From a virus: 64,000 bases of DNA. The position numbers and the translations under genes were made by a program. Positions 56,147 to 64,000 of the stretch are shown in pieces. How positions within the stretch are numbered: position 1 is the stretch's first letter; every line of letters begins with the position of its first letter. Under the pieces are notes generated by a model. That model worked only from the letters and a program-made list of their open reading frames with translations, did no database searches and was not told the origin of the DNA. The stretch lies in IMG/VR virus record IMGVR_UViG_3300028416_000485, one strand, 5' to 3'.

Positions 56147-57069
56147 TATTGTTCTCTATCTAAGAATTGTTTGCTGTTATCACGTGCCGGATTTTTGTAT
56201 ACTGTTTTAAAAAATAGACTTTGATTTCCATCAAGTGGTTCAGCAGCAATAGGCAACTCAAGTTCGTCTATCAGTGAATACCCAAGTCCAACAGTTTCTA
56301 TTTCCATATGGTCTTCATCCATATCTTTGCTATCCCAATACTCATTGAGCCAATCAAAATCACGTACATTTACAAAGTCCCAGTCTGTACACATTGTCTT
56401 GTACAATCCTTCTCGTGCGCCGTAGATAGCCCAACGGCCGTTCTCAACATCTGCACCAATCATTAGCCAGATGTACAAACGGTGCAAGTTCTTCCAGTGA
56501 TTTTTATGAAAGTCCTCTACACTAACACGCATGCCTTGATCCAGTGCCATTTTAACACCTTCTCTAAATCCAGCACGCCATGCTTGATGCGGTGTAGCAT
56601 TATTCATAATAGTACTGTATGTACCATTCATTTGTATGTACTGTGTATCCCAACAGAAATCTACTTGTGCATGTGGATTATCGTTGGGTGCATTTTCGTG
56701 TGTACGCATGTTTAATACATGTTGTTTGGGCCAGCACTTAATGCCGCCATTTCCGTATGTAAGATTATTGATACTATTAAGTGCAGTCCAACTAATAACT
56801 TTATTAGTCAAATCTGTATTTTCATCAAAGTCCATTGTTTGCGACAAAAACTTTTCATCAATAATATTGTCGCCGTCTATTGTAATAAACCTATCAGTAG
56901 TTGATTTGTTAGCGGCTGCTTTGTGTGCGCTATCACTGCCTTTTACACCATGCACACGCTCTGCCCACGGAACTTTCTTACACAAGTCTGCATAGTTTTG
57001 TTCTGCATTAGGCTCGTCGTATGACAAATATATAATATCGCAATCAATAACTCTAAATGTGTTAGCCAT
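56146..57069 (-). CDS. GT-A fold glycosyltransferase
   Basis: YLSYDEPNA, HGVKGSDSAH, DxD (TIDGD), YGNGGIKCW, AWRAGFREG; homologous to the last module of 49728-51374. Confidence 0.75.
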   Translation of the reverse strand: MANTFRVIDCDIIYLSYDEPNAEQNYADLCKKVPWAERVHGVKGSDSAHKAAANKSTTDRFITIDGDNIIDEKFLSQTMDFDENTDLTNKVISWTALNSINNLTYGNGGIKCWPKQHVLNMRTHENAPNDNPHAQVDFCWDTQYIQMNGTYSTIMNNATPHQAWRAGFREGVKMALDQGMRVSVEDFHKNHWKNLHRLYIWLMIGADVENGRWAIYGAREGLYKTMCTDWDFVNVRDFDWLNEYWDSKDMDEDHMEIETVGLGYSLIDELELPIAAEPLDGNQSLFFKTVYKNPARDNSKQFLDREQ

Positions 57070-57604
57070 TTATTTCCTCATAATGATAAGTATCAAACCT
57101 ACGCATAGTATATACTGAAACTTCTTCGTTGTCAAACTCAAAATCATTTTCAAACGCTACTTCATCTCCGTTATTAAAACGTATTAATCGATACAATACA
57201 TTTGGGTCATCTTTTTTTGTTATACTAAAGTAGTAGTTTGAAAGATCGATTGTAACTTTTTTATCATTTAAATCTTCTATAAAACCAGGATCAGCAGATA
57301 TTTTCCAAACATGTTTTACATTATCTTTAGTTAATACTATTTGTTTGTTATTAGGTACAGTTCTAGGAATCTGATATAGAAAACACCACATCAGCTTGTC
57401 CTCGTCGACTTGTGTCTGGTTTTTAATATAATATTTTTTATCTATAAAATCATATTCAACCTTGTAGTCTAATAAACTCCAATGTCCTTCTATAAACTTC
57501 TTAACATCTTCAAAGTCGCACTCAAGAAACTTAAATCTGTCATCAGATTCTTTTGAGATTTTATAAATATTTCCATCGTCATCAAAACATACAAATCGTT
57601 TCAT
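57062..57604 (-). CDS. Phage hypothetical protein
   Basis: 180-aa ORF in operon. Confidence 0.6.
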   Translation of the reverse strand: MKRFVCFDDDGNIYKISKESDDRFKFLECDFEDVKKFIEGHWSLLDYKVEYDFIDKKYYIKNQTQVDEDKLMWCFLYQIPRTVPNNKQIVLTKDNVKHVWKISADPGFIEDLNDKKVTIDLSNYYFSITKKDDPNVLYRLIRFNNGDEVAFENDFEFDNEEVSVYTMRRFDTYHYEEING

Positions 57605-57605
57605 A

Positions 57606-58448
57606 TTATATTCCTAAACATTTTTCATATTTTTTCATTAAACTATTATTTAAGAAATCTTTTTCAGTGTAATGAAAAATGCCCGATTGCTGATGATTTC
57701 CTATTTTTAGCCTCATATCACTGTCAAAATAAACACCAACTCTATCTTGCCAACGATATGCAAAGTTAATGTCCCAACCTTGAATCTTTGGTTTCATATG
57801 TGTAAATGTAGGATTCTTAACTTTATTGTTTGTAATCAAATGTTCAATGTCCATTATTTTACAAGCAACTGCTGCGCTAACATCCATGCTTGGACGCAAT
57901 GCAAACTTTTTTCCAGAACTAGCTGATTTATAAAACTGTTCCCAGTTGTTTGTTATCATTTCAAGCCAAGTATAAAACTCATGTGCTAAGTCAGATTTCT
58001 TAAACCAATGGAGACCACTATACAAGTTTGGAAGATTGTATTTTTTGAACGCTTTACGATAATAGTTGTCATCTACTAGTTCTCCACGGTATGTATACAC
58101 ATTGCTAGTGTAAAATAAATCATAGTTTCTTAAGAAATCAAACCAACTACTAATGTCTTCAAGTATTAACATATCTGTATCTATCACCGCAGTTTCGTTA
58201 TACGGAATAGCATGATATATTTTCCAACGATTGCTGATTTTCCAATCTTCATCCTTGGCATGATCTCCCCACGGTATTTCAACGATATGATCAAACAAAT
58301 GTTTGTATTTTGTAGGCACACTTTCATTAGTGATAAGACAAATACTAACATCTTTGTTTGTAGCATGAATACTCATTGCTGCTAAACATGCTTGTCTAAC
58401 ATAATCAAAACCACTGTTTTGTGCCAGCATTGTAAAGTTATTGGTCAA
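57606..58448 (-). CDS. GT8-like glycosyltransferase
   Basis: ACLAAMSI, FDHIVEI, PYNETAVIDTDML (DxD), FTHMKP. Confidence 0.7.
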   Translation of the reverse strand: MTNNFTMLAQNSGFDYVRQACLAAMSIHATNKDVSICLITNESVPTKYKHLFDHIVEIPWGDHAKDEDWKISNRWKIYHAIPYNETAVIDTDMLILEDISSWFDFLRNYDLFYTSNVYTYRGELVDDNYYRKAFKKYNLPNLYSGLHWFKKSDLAHEFYTWLEMITNNWEQFYKSASSGKKFALRPSMDVSAAVACKIMDIEHLITNNKVKNPTFTHMKPKIQGWDINFAYRWQDRVGVYFDSDMRLKIGNHQQSGIFHYTEKDFLNNSLMKKYEKCLGI

Positions 58449-59259
58449 TAATTCTCTCCAAACTAAACTTGTTCATCACATGACAGTTACTACCTTTGAG
58501 ATTTACAGCAGTGTATTCTCCAAGTCTTTTATTTTTTTGTACTAGTATTTTTATTTCATCGTCTTTAATCCCAACAGCTACGTCTTTGTCTGTTGCATAA
58601 AACTTTGTTCCTGGCAAACTTCCAACAAAGTTTCCTGTTTGATATCCATTCATAATATGTACTGCAATACTAAAAGCAAAATCGTTTCTATATACACTTG
58701 TTTTAAACTGATACATATTACGATAGTGTATATAGTTTTCTTCAATGTGCTTGATCAAATCAAAGAACATTTTGTTTTCATCTGTTTTTCTAAAAAAGAT
58801 TACAGTAGCCCAATAAAAATCTACACTAGTATCACTTACTTTTTCAAACTCGGGTACTATTCTATGCATTCCAACATGAGTAGCATCCTTGTATAGCAAA
58901 AGATCTTTTTGCTGTACAAAGCAGTTGTTTAGTAAATCATTGCTAATGATATAATCAGTATCCATTACAATAGTAGAATCGTAAGGAGTTAACTCATATG
59001 CAGATGCTCTGTTTTTATTATTAAACTTTAATGTTTTATCACTAAAATCGCCATCGGCATATCGTTTACTAGTACTATTTTTAGTCATGTCATCGGAGTG
59101 AATAACATAATCAAATACATCAGATTCGATATCTATATCTGTAACAATCGAAGTGGGCAAGTCCATATACTTGCGTATGCGTTTAGCAAGGAAAATAGCT
59201 TGCTTTACATAATCAACTGATTTATTATTACTTGCGAATAACAATACACCCTTTGTCAT
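58438..59259 (-). CDS. GT8-like glycosyltransferase, paralog of the downstream gene
   Basis: DYVKQA, FDYVI, TPYDSTIVMDTDY (DxD), RNDFAFSIA, HVMNK. Confidence 0.7.
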   Translation of the reverse strand: MTKGVLLFASNNKSVDYVKQAIFLAKRIRKYMDLPTSIVTDIDIESDVFDYVIHSDDMTKNSTSKRYADGDFSDKTLKFNNKNRASAYELTPYDSTIVMDTDYIISNDLLNNCFVQQKDLLLYKDATHVGMHRIVPEFEKVSDTSVDFYWATVIFFRKTDENKMFFDLIKHIEENYIHYRNMYQFKTSVYRNDFAFSIAVHIMNGYQTGNFVGSLPGTKFYATDKDVAVGIKDDEIKILVQKNKRLGEYTAVNLKGSNCHVMNKFSLERIIDQ

Positions 59260-59603
59260 AAATCCATAATACTTTCAACTGTTCTATTTGTTTTTAACTT
59301 ATTATATTCAGTTAAGTATTTGTTTGTTGATTGCCAATACACATTTACGAGTTCATTGGCAAAATCTTGTAATACTTCTATTTCAATAGGTATACCACTA
59401 TCATCAACTAATATAGTTTCAGTTTGATGTAGTGCCAATAAACTTTGACAAAAACTTATAAGATCTTTTGTTACAGAAAACTGACCACCATTAAAATAAT
59501 AAACAAGATTATCGTGGTACTGTTCTTTTAACAAACGTTTTTGATTATTTAAAGTAATCATGTAATTGCTAAAATCTAATGCTTTTTCTAAGCGTTCGTC
59601 CAT
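59256..59603 (-). CDS. Phage hypothetical protein (possible tail assembly chaperone)
   Basis: AGGAGA SD; own promoter; 115 aa. Confidence 0.65.
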   Translation of the reverse strand: MDERLEKALDFSNYMITLNNQKRLLKEQYHDNLVYYFNGGQFSVTKDLISFCQSLLALHQTETILVDDSGIPIEIEVLQDFANELVNVYWQSTNKYLTEYNKLKTNRTVESIMDL

Positions 59604-59626
59604 AAATATCTCCTACTTGTAATAGT

Positions 59627-59655
59627 AGTATATATGCTTTAGACTACATTGTCAA
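59627..59655 (-). promoter_or_regulatory. Sigma70-type promoter for the glycosyltransferase operon
   Basis: TTGACA(59655-59650)-17 bp-TATACT(59632-59627). Confidence 0.75.
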
Positions 59656-59656
59656 G

Positions 59657-60766
59657 TTAAAAATCGGAATCTTTTGTTCCGGTTGGAGTAGGTAATGAGA
59701 TAGCATTGTAAGTAGTACTATCCCAAACAAAATCACTACTCGGAGTATAAGTGTATACTGTACTGTTGATTGTTGCTGTAACACTTTCGTCTACTAGCTG
59801 CCCTGCTGGTCCGCCTGGTTCTGCCTGGCCGCCTGTTCCAGAATCGCCATCGTCTAGTTCTATTTTAAACTTTAGTTGTGTTGCTGTATTAAATGCAGTA
59901 TTAGTACTTGCATAAATCCTAAAAAAGTTATCATCATAAATCTGTGCTACAGGTACATCTCCTGGATTACCTCCGGCTCTGCCGCCACCTTGTTTTTCAA
60001 AAATCTTTGTAGTTGGAGAACCAGTTGTAATACTTGCATTACTATAACCTGTTCCTGTGCCTGTTACTGAATCGCAACGCCAGGTATTTTGATTTACTCT
60101 ACCAAACCGTATTTGTCCAGCATCATTTAACACTTGTGCCCAGTCCCAATCTTTTGTATACTGAGTGCCTGTGGTTCCTCCACTTGCGTTTGATGCAAAA
60201 CGTATTTCTCCTCCAGATGCTAAGAAATATAAAAATGCTTGATGAGATCCAAAATCAACTGTAACTTCGTGCGATATAACTTTAACTGCGTCGGCCGATC
60301 CACCAAAACTTGTAGTACGAGAACTAGTTGTACTTGCTCCGCCTGTTGTTTCTAACGGATTTGGACCATCAAAACTACTAGTTGGAAAATCTGTAGATGT
60401 ATGATTAAATGCTAGAATAGTATTTGCTGTAGTAGTTAGGTCGGTAATATGTTGTTCAACAATTTGATCAACTCCTTGTTCAAAGTCAGTAGGATCAATA
60501 TCAGTTGCTAATGTGCCGGTTTGATGAACATGTGCCGCTTGTATATCCAACCATAAATCAAAGTATTGTTGCTCAGTTACTGTATCACTTACACCTGGTG
60601 TATTTCCGCCAACTACTGTATTACTACTAAAACTTCTACCATATCCGCTTGTACTTGTTAGTGGAGTTGTCAATGACCCATATTCAGTCCAAACAGATTG
60701 ATTGCCTACTCTTCCAGCTATTGATTCTCTAATATTATTATAGTTAAGAGCAGATATTGATGGCAT
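59657..60766 (-). CDS. Virion structural protein, paralog of 60814-61731
   Basis: T/S/G-rich; FLASGGEIRF, DW...AGQIRFGR, YDDNFFRI shared with its neighbour. Confidence 0.7.
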   Translation of the reverse strand: MPSISALNYNNIRESIAGRVGNQSVWTEYGSLTTPLTSTSGYGRSFSSNTVVGGNTPGVSDTVTEQQYFDLWLDIQAAHVHQTGTLATDIDPTDFEQGVDQIVEQHITDLTTTANTILAFNHTSTDFPTSSFDGPNPLETTGGASTTSSRTTSFGGSADAVKVISHEVTVDFGSHQAFLYFLASGGEIRFASNASGGTTGTQYTKDWDWAQVLNDAGQIRFGRVNQNTWRCDSVTGTGTGYSNASITTGSPTTKIFEKQGGGRAGGNPGDVPVAQIYDDNFFRIYASTNTAFNTATQLKFKIELDDGDSGTGGQAEPGGPAGQLVDESVTATINSTVYTYTPSSDFVWDSTTYNAISLPTPTGTKDSDF

Positions 60767-60784
60767 CTATGGTTCCTTTTTTAT

Positions 60785-60813
60785 AATGTAACATACTATA
60801 CATTGTATGTCAA
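60785..60813 (-). promoter_or_regulatory. Sigma70-type promoter
   Basis: TTGACA(60813-60808)-17 bp-TACATT with TGn. Confidence 0.55.
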
Positions 60814-61731
60814 TCATAAATCGCTTGTTTTTGCATACGACGGGGCTGGTGAACTTACATAAGAGCCCGATGCTCTAATATGCGAAACTGCACTAGTAAG
60901 AACTCCTGCAACATATTCATCTGCTCCTCCGGTGCCAACATCTAAATCATTAAATACAATATTAAAAGTAATATCAGTGTTATTTGATTCTAACTTTGCT
61001 TCAATATAATATTCGTTATCTGAATATCCGCCCGCAATGCTACCTGTTTTTCTATATATAGTTTGGTATGAAGTTGTTAAATCCTCATTGCCAATAGCAT
61101 AAGAAGTTCCTGATGGTTTTGTATTAGTAGTTACTGTTCTTCCAAATTTTATTTGGCCTGCATTAAATATAATATCATACCAGTCTTGATTTTTTTGTAG
61201 GTTAGTGTCAGCTGGAACATTATCAATATTGATTGACGAATCAAATCTAATTTCGCCACCAGCGTTAAAGAAACATCTGCGAGCTGCAATCGAAGAAAAA
61301 GATATCTGTACAGTATGATTAACTGATTGAGGCTGGGATGTTCCTCCCCAAGGCGATGTAGCTCCATCTCTTACACTATTAACTCCGCCTGATTCTATGT
61401 CAGCTTGATTGCCATTTAGAATAAATCTATCGTCTTCTAGTTCAACTATTAATATTTCATATGCATTATATAAAGCATCTTCTATTTCATTAGAAGTAGC
61501 AACTGTATTAATAGTAACTGGTGCAGTATTATTAATGTGTACATATACTTTTTCAAAGTCGGCAAACAATGTGTTCATGTCAGAAACTAATACTTCGTTT
61601 CCTTCGGCAACTGGATTACTCGATACAGTATTGTTGTATCCTTTATCACCAGACCCAACTCCTAATAATGCTGAAATTTTTCCTTGTAGTTCGTTGTATC
61701 TTGATTGTGAGATAATGTCGCCGACTGCCAT
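60814..61731 (-). CDS. Virion structural protein
   Basis: MAVGDII..., FFNAGGEIRF, AGQIKFGR, YSDNEYYI. Confidence 0.7.
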   Translation of the reverse strand: MAVGDIISQSRYNELQGKISALLGVGSGDKGYNNTVSSNPVAEGNEVLVSDMNTLFADFEKVYVHINNTAPVTINTVATSNEIEDALYNAYEILIVELEDDRFILNGNQADIESGGVNSVRDGATSPWGGTSQPQSVNHTVQISFSSIAARRCFFNAGGEIRFDSSINIDNVPADTNLQKNQDWYDIIFNAGQIKFGRTVTTNTKPSGTSYAIGNEDLTTSYQTIYRKTGSIAGGYSDNEYYIEAKLESNNTDITFNIVFNDLDVGTGGADEYVAGVLTSAVSHIRASGSYVSSPAPSYAKTSDL

Positions 61732-61750
61732 AACTTTTCCTTTTTAGTAT

Positions 61751-63286
61751 TTACACTTTTAAAACGCACTCAACCAACTTTTCTGAAGGATCGTCGCTTG
61801 ATTCTAATGCAATACCAACTAATGCTTTAGTAGCAGTTTGAGAAGCAACTCCGTCTTCCCATGCATACAATGCCATTCCTTTTTGAACTATGCCTGTGCA
61901 TCTTACTGGTACACGGCCCTTTAGTGCAATAGCTTGTCCGTCGATTTCTGAATTCATTAAGTAAGCTGGATTTTCACTGATAACACCTATTGCAAAATCG
62001 CTAGATTTTGCAGGTCTTGTTTCGGCACTAATATCTTGTGATTCTGTAAACTTAGCACTCGATACTGCCATTACTGTTCCAACTGGATGTGTTTCTTCTG
62101 TTGTATATTTTTCTGCAAGGTCAGCATAACGTGCTTTAGTTGCTGTACCATTGAATACTGTTGCAGTTAAGTTTCCACTACTATCTCTTGCTGCAATAGT
62201 GTTTACTCCTGCTGTAGTAGATGCGCTGCGGGCAGTACCACCTACATCAAGTGCATTGGCACTTGTTGCCGATCCGTTAAATGTAGTAGCATACATTGTA
62301 TTAAACTTTTCGGTTGCGCTACCAATGTTATACAGGTTTGTTGTTTCTGGATAAATTCCTTTATCAACTGATGCGTTTCTTATCGAAACAATGCCTACAG
62401 CTGATCCTGCTGCTGGTGCAGTTAATGCAAACAATATCTTGTTACTTGCGTTATTTTGATTTACAAGTCTTGGAACTGTGCCATCATTTACGTCTATTTT
62501 TAAATCGTTACTGTTACCAACTGTAAATCCAGCATCGCCCAATGCTAATGAATCAGTTGTTTTTAAATAATCACTAGCTAAAAAGCCGCCTAAACGTAAT
62601 GCATCATTTGCAGATCCCCAAATAATTGGTTCATTGTTAGCACCGGTAACCGGCTGGTCTAGCTCATTTTGTGTGATTCCTGTAGTACTATTAACTAAAG
62701 TAATACCTTTTTTGATTAAACTAAATCCGGTTAACGAAGGAACACCAGCTGCTTGTACGCCATTTAATGTAAATTCTTCTCCAGAAATTACATACACACT
62801 AACATCATTTATTAGAGCAACAATAATAGTTTTTTCAACTGACGGAACTGAGTTATCTGTAACATTAACACTAAGCATCTGTGTTGTTCCGCTGCCTGCA
62901 CTTTGAGGACCTACTAAGATAAATTCACCTGCTGCTGTTTTACCGTACAGTTGATTACTTGTACTGCTCCACCATAAGTCGCCTTCATCTAGTCCTGCTG
63001 GTTCTGAACTTGAAACTTCTGTGCCGCCTGCTGTTTTCCACGCACTACCAGTATAAAACTTTAGTTTAGTAGTTCCTGCGTCATACCATACCTGGCCATC
63101 TATAGCTTTAGCAGGAGCAGTAGTTCCTCTAAAGTTTTCTAGTAAATGAACTAAATTTTCGTTCTGTGCTTCGCCAAAACCACTATAGTTTTTACCAATA
63201 AGTTTTAGATCAGTTGTTTGATCTATTGTGCCGTCTTCAACGACTGTTATCTGTGTACCGTTATATCTATTTACAATATAGGCCAT
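61751..63286 (-). CDS. Tail fibre / baseplate-associated protein with C-terminal intramolecular-chaperone-like domain
   Basis: LIGKNYSGFGEAQNENLVHLLENF, GQVWYD, GDLWW; C-terminal YADLAEKY...GVISENPAYLMN...IALKGRVPV. Confidence 0.78.
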   Translation of the reverse strand: MAYIVNRYNGTQITVVEDGTIDQTTDLKLIGKNYSGFGEAQNENLVHLLENFRGTTAPAKAIDGQVWYDAGTTKLKFYTGSAWKTAGGTEVSSSEPAGLDEGDLWWSSTSNQLYGKTAAGEFILVGPQSAGSGTTQMLSVNVTDNSVPSVEKTIIVALINDVSVYVISGEEFTLNGVQAAGVPSLTGFSLIKKGITLVNSTTGITQNELDQPVTGANNEPIIWGSANDALRLGGFLASDYLKTTDSLALGDAGFTVGNSNDLKIDVNDGTVPRLVNQNNASNKILFALTAPAAGSAVGIVSIRNASVDKGIYPETTNLYNIGSATEKFNTMYATTFNGSATSANALDVGGTARSASTTAGVNTIAARDSSGNLTATVFNGTATKARYADLAEKYTTEETHPVGTVMAVSSAKFTESQDISAETRPAKSSDFAIGVISENPAYLMNSEIDGQAIALKGRVPVRCTGIVQKGMALYAWEDGVASQTATKALVGIALESSDDPSEKLVECVLKV

Positions 63287-63316
63287 TGTTGCTCCTCGTG
63301 CTTAGTGCTCTTATGT

Positions 63317-63324
63317 TATTTATC
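63317..63324 (-). promoter_or_regulatory. T4-like late promoter
   Basis: GATAAATA on the minus strand before a GAGGAG SD. Confidence 0.6.
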
Positions 63325-63325
63325 G

Positions 63326-64000
63326 TTAAAGTGCCGATGCTGCTATTGTGCTGCCATTGACATCCCATAATCCGCTGTTTATCTTCATAGTTATTATTAG
63401 TCTAGTTGCTGTTAGATTAACTGTTGCTGTAGGAGAGTTGATTGTAAAATCGCCTATAACATTAACGTTTTGTGTACCAGCACTGTCAACTGCTGTTAAC
63501 GATTTTACAACGCCGGTGTTAACATCAATCGGATCTGACGAGCCTGTATAATAGTAAGCATGTATTTTTGCTGTTTTGCCTTGTGTGTCAAAGGGCGCTA
63601 CTGGTATTGGATATAGTTCTGTTAATAATACAGCAATATTAGTAAGCAATCCATCGTCAGCCAAAGTATCACCATATGTTCCTGTTGCATATGTAGTACC
63701 AAGTCCAGTAACATCAACTCCCATAACAATAGTTGCTGATTGTATTTCGTCATCAACATATCTTTTAACTATTACATCTTGATCCGCACCTTCTGTTAAT
63801 AATACGTTGTCGGCTTTTCGACGTGGACTTACTGGAGTTTCTACATTTGTTATTTTTACTTTGTTTATTAAGTTTATACTACCAGTTGATGCAAACTCTA
63901 GATTATTAGTTGTTGTGATACGATCTTCAGTAAATGTCATTGTATCACTTTGCAGGTTGTTTCCTACTACTAATGTATTAAGTTGTCCGATTCCTGTTAG
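63326..64000 (-). CDS. Virion structural protein, 5' end beyond the window
   Basis: Frame is open to base 64000 (LTGIGQLNTLVVGNNLQSDT-MTF...); DVIVKRYVD tail-fibre-type motif; T/S-rich. Confidence 0.65.
   Translation of the reverse strand, partial: LTGIGQLNTLVVGNNLQSDTMTFTEDRITTTNNLEFASTGSINLINKVKITNVETPVSPRRKADNVLLTEGADQDVIVKRYVDDEIQSATIVMGVDVTGLGTTYATGTYGDTLADDGLLTNIAVLLTELYPIPVAPFDTQGKTAKIHAYYYTGSSDPIDVNTGVVKSLTAVDSAGTQNVNVIGDFTINSPTATVNLTATRLIITMKINSGLWDVNGSTIAASAL

Noticed and set aside
1-64000. Bacterial chromosome or biosynthetic gene cluster origin; alternative genetic code; tRNA genes
   Set aside because: T4-type RNase H, late promoters, tail genes and dense overlapping ORFs indicate a phage. 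Standard code 11 gives full-length, tightly packed ORFs. No cloverleaf was noticed in the few intergenic gaps, though no tRNA scan was run.

Overview
This window reads as a segment of an AT-rich, probably marine, T4-like or jumbo myovirus genome. No tRNA, rRNA, CRISPR array or IS element was seen. 1-11.3 kb (+): metK, a phosphoribosyltransferase, folE, queE, T4-type RNase H, an Smr protein, an AAA+/VWA-peptidase pair and conserved phage hypotheticals, driven by sigma70-type and (T/G)ATAAATA late promoters. 11.4-15.5 kb, 51.4-52.9 kb and 59.6-64 kb: virion and tail-fibre genes, including a subtilase with an inserted cupredoxin domain. Between them is a ~44 kb, mostly minus-strand, translationally coupled tailoring-enzyme island. 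It holds 18 radical SAM enzymes (3 cobalamin-type, 9 with an N-terminal twitch domain, 6 with C-terminal Cys-rich auxiliary domains), 2 QueC-like plus 1 other PP-loop ATPase, 4 putative 2OG-Fe(II) oxygenases, 2 nitroreductases, 2 short SDRs, 2 SGNH-like proteins, an omega-aminotransferase, a PatD-like ALDH, GNATs, SET and class I methyltransferases, an adenylate-forming ligase and 4 glycosyltransferases. The leading hypothesis, which is inference, is a phage-encoded hypermodification pathway for virion glycans or proteins (alternatively DNA), supplied with SAM by the phage's own MetK. All calls come from reading motifs by eye; no searches were run.
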